Part shown: positions 18,617 to 29,128 of the stretch, piece after piece
How the letters are laid out: every line of letters starts with the position of its first letter
Numbering within the stretch: the first letter of the stretch is position 1
Assembly (NCBI GenBank): GCA_036229005.1
Contig: JAZAMN010000052.1
Location: 256,001 to 320,000 of the forward strand
From: Myxococcota bacterium
Lineage (GTDB): Bacteria > Myxococcota_A > UBA796 > CAJQPC01
Direction of reading: 5' to 3'
Length of the DNA: 64,000 nucleotides
The notes under the pieces: model-generated
Told to the model about the DNA's origin: nothing
Database searches by the model: none
What the model saw: the letters and a program-made list of their open reading frames with translations, nothing else
Translations under genes and position numbers: made by a program

Positions 18617-18775
18617 GGGGGCGCAGCTCAGACGCCAGCGCCGCCTGGAGCACGCCGAGGTGACCTCGTCGACGGGTTTACCGGGGAAGGGCTGGAGAAC
18701 ACCCGCGTGTTACGTGGTGAGACCCATAGCTTCGGGGCAAGCCCCCGTTCTCTTTCTTCTCTGGAGTCAGTCTCG

Positions 18776-21700
18776 ATGATGAGTGGAATCGGCCTGTTGG
18801 CCCTGCTGAGCAACCCCGTCCACGCCCAGGGCATGAGCGAGCTCGACGTCACCGCCTACCCCAAGCTCCCCAAGAAGCCGGGCATGGCCATCAACGTGCT
18901 GCCCTACGAGCTGGTCTCGGGCGTCTACCAGTTTCCCACGGGGTTTCGGGTGATGTTCCAGCCGGACAACACGCTCCCCGTGGTCGCGACGACCATGATC
19001 ATCGACCACGGCTCCTCGGACGACCCCCAGGGGATGGAGGGCATGGCGCACCTCTACGAGCACCTGTGGTTCCGCACGGAGCTGATCAACCCGGAAGGGG
19101 AGAGGCTGCCCAAGACCTGGGACCTGCTCAACCATGAGCTGGGCTGCTCCATCAACGCCTACACCCAGTACGACCACACCGGGTACATGACCGTCTGCCC
19201 CGCAGACCACATGGACCTGCTGACCTTCCTGGAGGGCCAGCGCCTGATGAACCCGATGGAGGGCGTCCCCGAGGACACCATCCCCACGGAGATCGAGGTC
19301 GTCCGAAACGAGATCCGCATGCGCTCGGAGAACGGGAACATCCCCTTCTTCACGCTGCTGGCCTACCTCAACAAGCACGTGTACCCCGAGGGCCACCCCT
19401 ACCATCGGCCCATCGCGGGAGACCACACGTCGATCCGCAACATCACCTACCCGGACGTCGTCGAGTGGGTGGAGGGGCACTACAGCGCGGACAAGGCCAC
19501 GCTGATGTTCGTGGGTGACTTCGAAGCCGAGCGGGCCATGGACTACATGATCCGCGCCAACTACCTGCCGCTGATGCACGAGGACCTGGGGCCCGAGCAC
19601 ATCGTCCGCTACCCCCGGCCGGGTCTGGATCACGAGCCGGACGAGGCCAACGGAGACGATTGGTGGCTGGCGGCGATGGACCCCAACAACCCCACCGAGT
19701 TGCTGCTGCCCACCACGGAGCTGCCCGTCCGGGCCGAGGAGTTCGCGGATTTCGAGCCCCGCAGCCTGGGGGAGGTCCCCCACGGTGAGTACGTGGGCGC
19801 GGTCGAGGACACCACGGTGTTGGTGGCTTGGGAGCTTCCGCCCTCGTACCAGGGCAACGACGCCCTGATGAACACCGTCGCCAACATGATGAACTTCCTG
19901 ATCGGCGCGAACGTCGGGAAGGGGCCGGGGCTCGAGGACAACGACCCCAACGTGGGCGAGTTCCAGGGCTGCGCGCCCTTGGCGAACAAGCGGAGCACGG
20001 TGCTGCTCTGCGCGGCCACCCTCAAGGACCCCTGCAAGGATCCCGAGGCCACCGCCGAGCGCATGCTGGACCGCGTCTACCTGCTGACCGACCCCGACTT
20101 TGCCGGCGCCCCGCTGGAGCGGCAGCTCACCCAGGCGCGGATGAACTTCCTCGCGGACATGTTCCGCAACCTGGATCTCTACGCGGTGGTCGGCGGCGGT
20201 CGCGCGACCAACATCGCTGTGCACGCTCACTACACGGGCAGCCCCAACTACTTCTCCGACCAGATGAACGACTTCAACCGGCTGACGGTGGGCAACATCA
20301 CGGAGCTGGCGGGCACCTACATCACCCGGGCCCGCGCGACCTCGCTGGTGGTCCGCCCCCTGGACCGCGAGGACCTGCTGACCGTGTCCATGGACGGCGC
20401 GGATCACTACGGCGACGGCACCGCCAAGGTCGTGAGCTCGCTGGTGGACCCCTCGGAGATCACCCCCGAGCTGATCATGTCCACCTACCGCAAGCCCAAC
20501 CTGGAGAACATGCGGGAGGCCAAGCTCCCCAATGGGATGCGCGTGGTGGTGGTCGAGCACTCCGAGGCGCCGGTCGCCCGGGTGAACCTGCTGGTGCGGG
20601 GTGGTGACGCCACCGACCCCAACAAGGAGCTGTGGATGGCGGCTCAGACGGACAACCTGTACGTCAACCCCATCAACGGCGACAACGGCGGCGCCCTCGA
20701 GGACGCCCTCTCCATCGCGGGCGCCTGGGACACCACCTTCGGCTCCTTCTACCAGGGCGTCGAGCTGACCGCGTCGGCCGGCAACCTGGACGGCATGCTT
20801 TGGCTGATGCGCGACGCGATGGAGAGCCTGAGCGCCGACACCGACAACCGCCGCGACTGGATCCGCGACATGAAGGAGCGCCACCTGGGTGAGCTCCACA
20901 AGCGCGACTACTGGGTGCGTCAGACCCAGCTCCAGCACATCAACCCCGGGCACCCCGCCATCACGCCGATGACCGTGTCCGAGATCAACGCGCTGAACGA
21001 CATCTCCAAGGCCACCATCCAGGCGAGCCTGGACAAGACCTGGCACCCCGAGAACGCCACCCTGCTGATCGTGGGCAACGTCGATGCCGAAGAGACCCTG
21101 GCGCTGACCGCTCAGTACTTTGGTGGGTGGGAAGGCCGCGGCGAGGTCGGCGTGGTGCCCGACTACGTGAAGCCGAACCCCTCCCAGAAGGGCCGGGCCA
21201 TCAAGCTCTTTGACGACCCCGGCAAGACCCAGACCACCGTCACCCTGCAGTGCCAGGTGCCCGACCCGGCGGTCCGCCCGGATCCCCGCTACAGCACCCT
21301 GAGCGCCGTGCTCCGTCAGGAGCTGTTCTCCCGCCTTCGTGAGAACAGCGGTGTCGTGTACTCCCCCGCGGCCTATGTCTCCGCGTCCGAGGAGGTCCCC
21401 CGGGCCATCCTGAGCGCGCAGATCCAGAACCCCGCTGTGGCGTACACCGTCGAGACCTACCTCAAGACGCTGGAGGAGGTCGAGGCCGGGACCTACGACC
21501 CCAACCACATCAAGCGCACCCAGTACACCCAGGCCTGGGCCAGCGTGCTGAACTACCAGTCCATCGCCCAGCTCTCCGGCGTCTACGAGAACGTCATCGG
21601 CCAGGGCTTTGGCTGGGACGTGTGGGACAAGAACGCGGCCGCCTTGGCCGGCTTCGACTCCCAGGGGCTCGCAGACGCCCTGGGTGACTGCTCCGAGAAC

Positions 21701-21937
21701 GCCATCATCACGATGGTCGGGCCGGTCGAGGTCATCAGCCCCGTGCTGGACGAGGCGGAGATGGAGTACGAGGTCGTGGACTGGAAGGCCCTGGGCGACG
21801 CCGCCCACGAGGCCGAGGCTCCCAAGGACTACGCGAAGTACCTCAAGAAGAAGGCCCGCTCCAAGAAGAAGGCTGAGCGCAAGGAGGCCAAGGGGAAGGA
21901 AGTAGAGGAGTGCTACGACCCCACGGTCGAGGGCTGA
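18776..21937 (+). CDS. Exported single-chain M16 (insulinase/pitrilysin) zinc peptidase
   Basis: G.AHLYEHL (HxxEH), INAYT..D.T.Y, EVVRNEIRMR, HPY.RPIAG; second half LPNGMRVVVV lacks the zinc motif; signal peptide ending VHA. Confidence 0.9.
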   Translation: MMSGIGLLALLSNPVHAQGMSELDVTAYPKLPKKPGMAINVLPYELVSGVYQFPTGFRVMFQPDNTLPVVATTMIIDHGSSDDPQGMEGMAHLYEHLWFRTELINPEGERLPKTWDLLNHELGCSINAYTQYDHTGYMTVCPADHMDLLTFLEGQRLMNPMEGVPEDTIPTEIEVVRNEIRMRSENGNIPFFTLLAYLNKHVYPEGHPYHRPIAGDHTSIRNITYPDVVEWVEGHYSADKATLMFVGDFEAERAMDYMIRANYLPLMHEDLGPEHIVRYPRPGLDHEPDEANGDDWWLAAMDPNNPTELLLPTTELPVRAEEFADFEPRSLGEVPHGEYVGAVEDTTVLVAWELPPSYQGNDALMNTVANMMNFLIGANVGKGPGLEDNDPNVGEFQGCAPLANKRSTVLLCAATLKDPCKDPEATAERMLDRVYLLTDPDFAGAPLERQLTQARMNFLADMFRNLDLYAVVGGGRATNIAVHAHYTGSPNYFSDQMNDFNRLTVGNITELAGTYITRARATSLVVRPLDREDLLTVSMDGADHYGDGTAKVVSSLVDPSEITPELIMSTYRKPNLENMREAKLPNGMRVVVVEHSEAPVARVNLLVRGGDATDPNKELWMAAQTDNLYVNPINGDNGGALEDALSIAGAWDTTFGSFYQGVELTASAGNLDGMLWLMRDAMESLSADTDNRRDWIRDMKERHLGELHKRDYWVRQTQLQHINPGHPAITPMTVSEINALNDISKATIQASLDKTWHPENATLLIVGNVDAEETLALTAQYFGGWEGRGEVGVVPDYVKPNPSQKGRAIKLFDDPGKTQTTVTLQCQVPDPAVRPDPRYSTLSAVLRQELFSRLRENSGVVYSPAAYVSASEEVPRAILSAQIQNPAVAYTVETYLKTLEEVEAGTYDPNHIKRTQYTQAWASVLNYQSIAQLSGVYENVIGQGFGWDVWDKNAAALAGFDSQGLADALGDCSENAIITMVGPVEVISPVLDEAEMEYEVVDWKALGDAAHEAEAPKDYAKYLKKKARSKKKAERKEAKGKEVEECYDPTVEG

Positions 21938-22068
21938 CCTCTCTGGGCTGGGCTCCGTTCACCACGGGGCTCGGCCTCTGGCCGCAGGCGAGGTCACCGG
22001 TCCCTGGACGGACGCGGAGCTGAACAGCCTGTCCTCGCTGGCGCCTTGGGTTTGACCTTGGTGCGTAC

Positions 22069-22098
22069 AAAAAAGGGCCGCCCCGTGGGGTGGCCCTT
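22069..22098 (-). terminator. Intrinsic terminator for the Hsp70 gene
   Basis: aagggccgcccc/ggggtggccctt stem with an A-run on the + strand (U-tract on -). Confidence 0.75.
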
Positions 22099-22127
22099 GC
22101 TGGCTCTGGCGGTGAACCCGCGCGCGG

Positions 22128-23972
22128 TCAGTGGATCGGCGCGTCTCCGCCCCCAGCCTTGTCCGCGAGGTGCGCGAAGAAGCGCGCGAGGTAGGTGGAG
22201 AGCTCATCGAGGTTGGCCTTGTCCGAGGACTTGATGAGCGCCATGCGCCCCCGCTTGAGGGCCTGCTCGATCTCGAAGATGTCCTTCTTGTGGAGGAAGC
22301 CGCGGTTGTCGCGCAGGAAGCTCTCCAGGGAGGCGAGCTGCTTCTCCACCTGCTCGCGGAGCTGGCGGACTTCGGCGTTGCTCTCCTGGCTGACGGGGCT
22401 GGAGGGGAGTGCGCTTCCGCCCTCGTAGACGTCGGCGGCCTCGTCCCGGAGCTGGTCCAGCTCCACTGGTGTGAGGCCGGTGGGGGACTCGATGGTGATC
22501 TGGTTCGAGACGCCGGAGCGCACGTCCTTGGCCGAGACCTGGACGATGCCGTTGGTGTCGATCGCGAACTTGACCTGAATGCGCGGCTCGCCGCGGGGGG
22601 CGGGCTCGATGCCCTGGAGCTCGAACTCTCCCAGGGACACGTTCTCCAGGGCGCTCTGGGACTCACCCTGGAGGATGTGGATCTTCACGGTCGACTGGTT
22701 GTCGACGACGGTGGAGACGAGCTGGGTCTTCTGGGCAGGGATGGTGGTGTTCTTGGGGATCAGGCGCGCGCAGCGCCGACCTTCGACCTCGAGGCCCAGA
22801 GAGAAGTTGGTGACGTCCAGCAGGGTGACGGCCTTGACGTCGCCTTCGAGGATGCCGGCCTGGATGGCGGCGCCGACGGCGACGACCTCGTCCGGGTTGA
22901 AGGACTTGTTCAGGGGCCGACCAAAGAGCGCCTGGACCATCTCCTGGACCCGGGGGATCCGGCTGGAGCCGCCGACGAGGATGACCTCGTCGATGTCCTG
23001 GGCGGCCAGGCGGCAGTCCTCCAGGGCGCGCTCGCACTCCAGGATGGTCTCGTCGAAGAGGTCCTGCGCCAGACCCTCGAACACGCCGCGGCTCAGGGTG
23101 CACTGGAGATGCTTGGGCCCGGAGGCGTCCGCCACCAGGAAGGGCAGGTGGATGTCGGCCGTCATGGCGCTCGAGAGCTCGAGCTTGGCCCGCTCAGCGG
23201 CGTCCCGCAGGCGCTGGAGGACCACCTTGTCTTCGGAGACGTCGAGCTTGTGCTCCTGGTAGAAGCGGTCCAGGAGCCAGTCCACGACCTTCTGGTCCAC
23301 ATCGGCGCCGCCCAGCGCGTTGTTGCCGCGCGTGGCCCGGACCTCGGCGAGATCCCGGTCGACCTCCAGGATGGAGATGTCGAAGGTGCCACCGCCGAAG
23401 TCGTAGACGGCGATGGTGGAGCTCTTCCGGCGGTTGTGCACGTAGGCCAAGGCCGCGGCAGTGGGCTCGTTGAGGATGCGCAGGACGTCGAGTCCGGCGA
23501 TGGTGCCGGCGTCCTTGGTGGCCTGCCGCTGGCGGTCGGTGAAGTATGCGGGGACGGTGATGACCGCCTCGGTCACGGGCTCGCCCAGGAAGTCCTCGGC
23601 CGAGCGCCGGAGCTTCTGGAGGACCATCGCAGCGACCTCCTGGGGGAGGTAGACCCGCCCACCGATCTCCACGCCGCAGTCACCATTCCGGGTCTCGACG
23701 ACCTTGTATTGGACCAGGTTGAGTTCGTGCTGCGCTTCGGAGAAGCGGCGTCCCATGAAGCGCTTGATGCTGTGCACCGTGGCCTCTGGATTGATGAGCA
23801 GTTGGCGCTTGGCGATGTCGCCTACAAAGCGCTCTCCGCTCTTGGAGATGCCCACCACGCTCGGGGTGATGCGTCCACCCTCTGCGTTGATGATGACCAC
23901 GGGATCCCGCCGGTCCACGTATGCGCAGACCGAGTTGGTGGTCCCGAGATCAATTCCGATGACCTTGCCCAT
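22128..23972 (-). CDS. Hsp70/DnaK family chaperone (divergent paralog)
   Basis: [58 protein letters not shown]. Confidence 0.95.
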   Translation of the reverse strand: MGKVIGIDLGTTNSVCAYVDRRDPVVIINAEGGRITPSVVGISKSGERFVGDIAKRQLLINPEATVHSIKRFMGRRFSEAQHELNLVQYKVVETRNGDCGVEIGGRVYLPQEVAAMVLQKLRRSAEDFLGEPVTEAVITVPAYFTDRQRQATKDAGTIAGLDVLRILNEPTAAALAYVHNRRKSSTIAVYDFGGGTFDISILEVDRDLAEVRATRGNNALGGADVDQKVVDWLLDRFYQEHKLDVSEDKVVLQRLRDAAERAKLELSSAMTADIHLPFLVADASGPKHLQCTLSRGVFEGLAQDLFDETILECERALEDCRLAAQDIDEVILVGGSSRIPRVQEMVQALFGRPLNKSFNPDEVVAVGAAIQAGILEGDVKAVTLLDVTNFSLGLEVEGRRCARLIPKNTTIPAQKTQLVSTVVDNQSTVKIHILQGESQSALENVSLGEFELQGIEPAPRGEPRIQVKFAIDTNGIVQVSAKDVRSGVSNQITIESPTGLTPVELDQLRDEAADVYEGGSALPSSPVSQESNAEVRQLREQVEKQLASLESFLRDNRGFLHKKDIFEIEQALKRGRMALIKSSDKANLDELSTYLARFFAHLADKAGGGDAPIH

Positions 23973-24051
23973 CGATAATCCTCAAGTCCGTCAAGCCTAC
24001 CGCAAGCGCCTGTCACGTGTTGTCTCTGGCCCCCCAAACAGCGGGCTGAGG

Positions 24052-24137
24052 TGCCCGGGGCGGGGCTCGAACCCGCACGCCGAAGCATCGGCTGGGGCTT
24101 TTAAGGCCCCTGTGTCTACCGATTCCACCACCCGGGC
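24052..24137 (-). tRNA. tRNA-Leu (TAA)
   Basis: Minus strand GCCCGGG acceptor, GGTGGAATCGGTAGACAC D-arm, GGGGC-CTTAAAA-GCCCC anticodon arm, long variable arm, GGTTCGAGCC; CCA not fully encoded. Confidence 0.93.
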
Positions 24138-24164
24138 AGGCAGTGATGACAGAGGAGCGATAGC

Positions 24165-24995
24165 ATGTTGGCGATGCTTCTGTGGCTCTCCCTGCTCGCC
24201 TGCGGTGCGCGGCGTGTCGACGCTCCCGATCCCGACGCCCTTGAAGAGGCGGAGTGGGAAGCCGCTTTCGCCGATCGGGCGAACCTGGAGTCCCTGGAGC
24301 GAGCCATCGCGCTGGCCCAGATTCGGCTCGGTCAGAGGCCCGGTGACCCGGCCGCCCTGGGGTTGCTCTCTCGCGCCTTCAACGCCCGAGCGCTCCATCA
24401 GGAGGTCCCCGCGCAGGCCCTCAGCGACCTTGAGACAGCCCGGAGCTACGGCATCCAGTGCCTGAACCAGAACGCGGGCTTCTCGGGGATGATCGAGCTG
24501 CTGCACGGACGCATCGGGCGCTCGCCGGTCCGCCAACTCGGCGTCAGTGACGCAGCCTGCCTGCAGAGCACGGTCTGGGCCTGGGTGCGCTGGGTGGAGC
24601 TCAGGGGCCCGGCTGGCGATGTGGATCTGGAGCCCATCGGCTACATGGCCGAGAAGCTCGCGGAGCTCGCGCCGCAGACCTGGACTGGGCCCTGGGGGCA
24701 GGCCATGGTCTCGTTGCTGCCTCGGGCGGGTGGGCGAGGGGACGTGACGCAGGCTCAGGTGCTGCTGGATCGGGCGCAGGCTTTGGAGCCGGATCTAGCC
24801 GAGATTGACCTCGACCGCATCCTGCACCTGAGCACGGCGCAGGGGGACTGGGATGGGGTGGAGGTGGACCTGGAGGCCTTCAGCACCACGCACCCCACCT
24901 CTTCAGATGGGCGGTGGCGTCTGGAGAACTCTGCAGCCCGGCATGCAGCCGAGGAGCTGTCGGTGGGCGCGCTGCGCGCGGAGAGCTGGGACTGA
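24165..24995 (+). CDS. Helical lipoprotein, TatT (TRAP T-component)-like
   Basis: Lipobox LLAC; helical repeats with YG..CL..N.GF and W....W..W; start either 24165 or 24174. Confidence 0.55.
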   Translation: MLAMLLWLSLLACGARRVDAPDPDALEEAEWEAAFADRANLESLERAIALAQIRLGQRPGDPAALGLLSRAFNARALHQEVPAQALSDLETARSYGIQCLNQNAGFSGMIELLHGRIGRSPVRQLGVSDAACLQSTVWAWVRWVELRGPAGDVDLEPIGYMAEKLAELAPQTWTGPWGQAMVSLLPRAGGRGDVTQAQVLLDRAQALEPDLAEIDLDRILHLSTAQGDWDGVEVDLEAFSTTHPTSSDGRWRLENSAARHAAEELSVGALRAESWD

Positions 24996-25055
24996 GACCC
25001 GGTGTCAGGGTCCGGAGCCGAGGGTGCCCGGAGTCTGGTGATGGGCCCAGAGCAC

Positions 25056-25077
25056 AAAAAGGGTCCCGAGGGACCCT
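25056..25077 (-). terminator. Intrinsic terminator for rpsU
   Basis: agggtccc/gggaccct stem with an aaaaa run on the + strand. Confidence 0.75.
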
Positions 25078-25118
25078 GATTGTTCGGTGCGTCCAGCCGG
25101 ATGCGGCTGGAAGGGCAC

Positions 25119-25331
25119 TCAGCGGCGACGAGCCCGCTTGATGGCGCGGCGTGCTGCCTTGCGGCGACGCTTCTCAGCCAGGCGCTGCTTGAGACGACGC
25201 TGCTCGCCGGGCTTGAGGTACACCTTGTTCTTCTTGATGTCCTTGCGGATACCCTCGCGCTCGACCTTGCGGCGGAAGCGGCGGAGGGCCTTCTCAAAGG
25301 GCTCGTTGTCTCGGACAGTGACCTGGACCAA
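25119..25331 (-). CDS. rpsU: 30S ribosomal protein S21
   Basis: VTVRDNEPFEKALRRFRRKVEREGI..Y.KP; TTG start after GGAG. Confidence 0.93.
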   Translation of the reverse strand: MVQVTVRDNEPFEKALRRFRRKVEREGIRKDIKKNKVYLKPGEQRRLKQRLAEKRRRKAARRAIKRARRR

Positions 25332-25400
25332 AGTGATCTCCAATCGGAGTAAGGGGTTTGAACCCCAGCGTCTTAGCCAGGGATGGGAGCTTCTGCAAGC

Positions 25401-26174
25401 TCAGAACACGATTCCGACGGCAGCGCCGCCATAGAAGAGGGGGTGCATGCCGCCCTCCAGGCGCAGGCTGGCCTTGTCGTTGAAGTGGAACTTCAGGCCG
25501 AAGTTGAGGTCCCAGTAAGGGACGGCGCCGGGGATTGGCAGGGGGTCCCGGTCGGCCTCGCTGCTGTCGAGGTCGTCGCGGTTCCAGGCGGGCGTGCCGT
25601 CTTCGGTGGGGCCCCAGCGCTGGATCTCGCCGATCGTCATGGCGACGCCGAGGCCACCGCCCACGATGAAGGAGAACCAGGGGGCCAGCCGCAGGTCGTA
25701 GTAGTAGTTGGCGCCCAGGGTGACGAAGCCGAAGTTGGAGCTGGGGGCCAGCCAGTAGCCGTCGTTGTAGTCCGGGTTCGCGCCGGAGGACTCGTCTTCG
25801 CGGTCGTCCCAGTAGCCGTCCTCGATCAGGGGGCCCAGGTAGTCGAAGTAGAAGGACCCCATCGCTCCGCTGCCCATGCCGTTGGAGCGGATCGCGAACT
25901 CCATGCCGGCCGCGTAGGCGCGGACGTCCGGGCGCGCGAGGTGGTTTCCGTTGTTGGCGCTCTCGTTGAAGAAGAAGATGTCCAGGAAGCTGTCGGGCAC
26001 GGACATGTACTTGCCGCGCAGGTTGACCTCCATCAGGTAGGGGCGCTGGGGGGCAGCGCTGACCTCGCCGGTGCCGGCTGCGGGTGCGGCGGTCTCCTGG
26101 GTCAGGTGCGAGACCGGGGCGATGGGGGCTTCGGCCGCCTGCGCGTTGGCGGCGATCAGGAGCAGGGGGAACAT
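25401..26174 (-). CDS. Small outer-membrane beta-barrel protein
   Basis: Signal peptide ending AQA, alternating aromatic/glycine strands (FIVGGGLGV, LNFGLKFHF, LRLEGG), C-terminal Phe. Confidence 0.7.
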   Translation of the reverse strand: MFPLLLIAANAQAAEAPIAPVSHLTQETAAPAAGTGEVSAAPQRPYLMEVNLRGKYMSVPDSFLDIFFFNESANNGNHLARPDVRAYAAGMEFAIRSNGMGSGAMGSFYFDYLGPLIEDGYWDDREDESSGANPDYNDGYWLAPSSNFGFVTLGANYYYDLRLAPWFSFIVGGGLGVAMTIGEIQRWGPTEDGTPAWNRDDLDSSEADRDPLPIPGAVPYWDLNFGLKFHFNDKASLRLEGGMHPLFYGGAAVGIVF

Positions 26175-26247
26175 GGGCGTCTCCACGGGATGCCCGGGAT
26201 TCTCTTCGGGGCTACAGTGGGTGTCAACCGCAGTCGGAGAGAGCGCT

Positions 26248-27225
26248 TTGGCACAGGCCAGCCTGGAACAGGTCCTCAGCGGGCCCCTCGCGGCCATCTA
26301 CCTGGTCGTCGGAGACGAAGCCCTGCTGGTCAAGCAGGCCGAAGAGGCCCTCACCAAGCGGGCGCTGGACGGCGTCATGGAGGCCTTCAATCACGGGGTC
26401 TGGAGGGCTGGAGAGGAGGGGGCAGATGCCTGCCTGTCTGTCGCCCGCACCCTCCCGATGATGAGCCCTCGGCGCGTCCTTGTGTTGCGTGATGTCCACG
26501 AGGCCCCGTCGGAGCTGCTCGAAGCCCTGGCCTCCTATGCGGAGGCGCCGGCGGACACGGCGGTCCTGATCTGCAGCGGGCGGAGCTGGCCCAAGGCAAA
26601 GGGCACCGACTGGGGCAAGCGGGCCGAGAACCGGATCAAGAAATCCGGGGTGGTCTTGCGCTTCCGCTCCAAGGACTCCGACCCGGTCGGGTTCGCGGTG
26701 GATGCCGCTGCGCAGCTCGGGGTGGAGCTCCGGCCCGCCCAGGCCCGCACTCTGGTGGAGTTGGTCGGCAAGGACCTGGGGCGCCTGCAGCGGGAGCTGG
26801 AGAAGGCCGCGCTCTACGCGGGCGGGGAAGGCCGTCTCTCTGACGAAGCGCTGGAGGAGGTCTGCAGCCTCCTGGCCGAAGCACAGATCTGGGACCTGAC
26901 GGACGCCATCGTGACCCGGGACGCCAACGCGGCCCTCGCGACCGCACACCGGCTCCTGGAGGCCTCCAAGCGGGGGGAGTCGCACCGGCTGATCTCCATG
27001 ATCAACTGGCAGATCCGCCAACTCTTGCAGCTCCAGGCCGGGGCCAACGTTCGGATGCCCGGCTGGAAGCGTCAGAAGATGGAGCGCGCGCTTAGGGACC
27101 ATCCGCTGGATCCGGCTGAGATCCTGGGGCGCCTGGCGCAGGCCAACGAGGACATGAACGGCCACCGGGCAGGGGACCGGAGGGTGTTCGAGGGGCTGCT
27201 GCTGGATCTCGTCGCGCGCCGCTGA
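26248..27225 (+). CDS. holA: DNA polymerase III delta subunit
   Basis: IYLVVGDE, ARTLPMMSPRRVLVL, LVELVG.DLG.L..ELEK, IWDLTDAI; convergent with rpsT. Confidence 0.9.
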   Translation: MAQASLEQVLSGPLAAIYLVVGDEALLVKQAEEALTKRALDGVMEAFNHGVWRAGEEGADACLSVARTLPMMSPRRVLVLRDVHEAPSELLEALASYAEAPADTAVLICSGRSWPKAKGTDWGKRAENRIKKSGVVLRFRSKDSDPVGFAVDAAAQLGVELRPAQARTLVELVGKDLGRLQRELEKAALYAGGEGRLSDEALEEVCSLLAEAQIWDLTDAIVTRDANAALATAHRLLEASKRGESHRLISMINWQIRQLLQLQAGANVRMPGWKRQKMERALRDHPLDPAEILGRLAQANEDMNGHRAGDRRVFEGLLLDLVARR

Positions 27226-27293
27226 GGCGTGCGCTCCGCTGCGTCACCGAGCCCCACTGTGCGGGGGCTTCCCAGCACAGAGGCCCAGAGCAC

Positions 27294-27322
27294 AAAGGCC
27301 CCGCCGAGAGGCGAGGCCCTTG
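27294..27322 (-). terminator. Probable terminator between holA and rpsT
   Basis: Imperfect stem aaggccccgcc/ggcgaggccctt around a gaga loop. Confidence 0.5.
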
Positions 27323-27342
27323 AAGCTCGTGAGCCGGTTGGC

Positions 27343-27618
27343 TCAGGCGTTGCTGGCCTTGAGCTTGTTCACTGCCTTGTAGAGGCGTGCGACCCGGCGG
27401 CTGGCCTGGTTGCGGTGAATGATGCCCTTGGTCGCCAGGCGCTGGATGATGGAGACGGCGCCGTTCAGGTTGGCGGCTGCGGTCTCGGCGTCACCAGCCT
27501 CGATGGCCACGCGGACCTTCTTGATCTGGGTGCGCATGGTCGCGCGGTAGTGACGGTTCCGCATGCGACGCTTGGCGTTCTGGCGCATGCGCTTGAGGGC
27601 GTCGGCGTGGTTGGCCAC
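27343..27618 (-). CDS. rpsT: 30S ribosomal protein S20
   Basis: ANH..A.KR.RQN.KRR.RN, KGIIHRNQASRR..RL; GTG start. Confidence 0.95.
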   Translation of the reverse strand: MANHADALKRMRQNAKRRMRNRHYRATMRTQIKKVRVAIEAGDAETAAANLNGAVSIIQRLATKGIIHRNQASRRVARLYKAVNKLKASNA

Positions 27619-27823
27619 AGAGGACTCCAAAGCTTGTCTGAAAGAAGGACTGTGCGGGGCATTCCCGCTTGAACCCTCGCGGTCTATGCCAGCGGTGCCT
27701 TGGTGTCAAGGAGACTGGGACGGCGCCGATGGACCCCAACTCGGGGTTGCAACCCTGGGTGTCCCTTGGGTTAGGTGCAGCGTAGGCTGTCGCCTATGGG
27801 TTGACAGGAAGCATGGAGCGGAC

Positions 27824-29128
27824 ATGGACATCTGTGTTGTTGGTACGGGCTACGTCGGACTTGTTGCGGGGACCTGCCTTGCGGATCTTGGTCACAAGGT
27901 CACCTGCGTGGACAAGGATCAGGCCAAGGTGGCGCTGCTCCGCCAGGGTGGCGTTCCGATCTATGAGCCCGGCCTGGACCAGCTCATCAAGCGCAACGTG
28001 CGTGAAGGGCGCTTGCACTTCACCACCGAGGGCGCCCAGGCGGTCGCAGGTGCGGAGGTCGCCTACATCGCCGTGGGGACCCCCGGTCGTGAGGACGGCT
28101 CAGCCAACCTGGACGGGGTGTTCGCGGTCGCGGAGCTGATCGGCAAGGCGATGGCCAAGCCGACCACCGTGATCATCAAGAGCACCGTACCCGTGGGGAC
28201 CGCCGACAAGGTGCGCGCGATCCTGGAGCAGCACGCCCAGCACCCCTACGACGTGGTGTCCAACCCGGAGTTCCTCAAGGAAGGCGCGGCGATCGATGAC
28301 TTCATGAAGCCCGACCGCATCGTCGCCGGCTGCGCGAAGGAGGAGACCCAGGAGGTCATGCGGCGCCTCTACGCGCCTCTGCTGCGCACGGGGAAGCCGA
28401 TCCTGTTCATGGACAACCGCAGCGCGGAGCTCTCCAAGTACGCAGCCAACGCCTTCCTGGCGACCAAGATCTCCTTCATCAACGAGCTGTCCCGCCTCTG
28501 CGAGGCTGCAGGCGCGGACGTTGACTCGGTGCGGCGGGGGGCCGGCACGGACTCCCGGATCGGGCTCCGCTTCTTCTTCCCCGGGGTGGGGTACGGCGGC
28601 TCCTGCTTCCCCAAGGATGTCCAGGCCCTGATGCGGACCGGGCAGGAGTTCGGCGTCAACATGTCCATCGTCGACGCCGTCGAGCAGGTCAACGCGTCCC
28701 AGAAGACCCTGCTCTTCCAGAAGGTGCAGAGGGTCTTTGGGGAGGACCTGCGCGGAAAGCGCTTCACCGTCTGGGGGCTGTCCTTCAAGCCCCAGACCGA
28801 CGACATGCGCGAGGCCCCTTCGCTGGTGCTCATCGAGGCCCTGCTGGCCGCTGGGGCGCAGGTCGTGGCCTATGACCCCGAGGCGATGGAGGAGGCCAGG
28901 CACAGCCTGGGCGAGCGGATCGAGTATGCCGAGTCCCGCATGGGCGCGCTAAAGGGCGCAGACGCGCTCTTGCTGGTCACGGAGTGGAACGAGTTCCGCA
29001 ACCCGGACTGGGAAGAGGTCGCAGAGATCATGCCCGGCCGCCATGTCTTTGACGGGCGGAACATCTACGACCCAGAGCGGGTCGCTCAGGCGGGCTTCAC
29101 CTACTACGGGATCGGACGCCTCACGTGA
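27824..29128 (+). CDS. ugd: UDP-glucose 6-dehydrogenase
   Basis: [63 protein letters not shown]. Confidence 0.95.
   Translation: MDICVVGTGYVGLVAGTCLADLGHKVTCVDKDQAKVALLRQGGVPIYEPGLDQLIKRNVREGRLHFTTEGAQAVAGAEVAYIAVGTPGREDGSANLDGVFAVAELIGKAMAKPTTVIIKSTVPVGTADKVRAILEQHAQHPYDVVSNPEFLKEGAAIDDFMKPDRIVAGCAKEETQEVMRRLYAPLLRTGKPILFMDNRSAELSKYAANAFLATKISFINELSRLCEAAGADVDSVRRGAGTDSRIGLRFFFPGVGYGGSCFPKDVQALMRTGQEFGVNMSIVDAVEQVNASQKTLLFQKVQRVFGEDLRGKRFTVWGLSFKPQTDDMREAPSLVLIEALLAAGAQVVAYDPEAMEEARHSLGERIEYAESRMGALKGADALLLVTEWNEFRNPDWEEVAEIMPGRHVFDGRNIYDPERVAQAGFTYYGIGRLT

Noticed and set aside
18502..18700. tRNA genes as integration sites for an island or prophage (also 24052 and 59444)
   Set aside because: No integrase, no duplicated tRNA 3' end and no visible compositional shift
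18767..21808. 1013-aa antisense ORF over the M16 peptidase (likewise 59517-63974, 35167-37728, 29104-31062 and others)
   Set aside because: Shadow ORFs expected from high GC3; the opposite strand carries the recognisable protein
22131..23978. 615-aa ORF exactly antisense to the Hsp70 gene
   Set aside because: Well-known antisense open frame of GC-rich hsp70 genes caused by codon bias; no independent motifs
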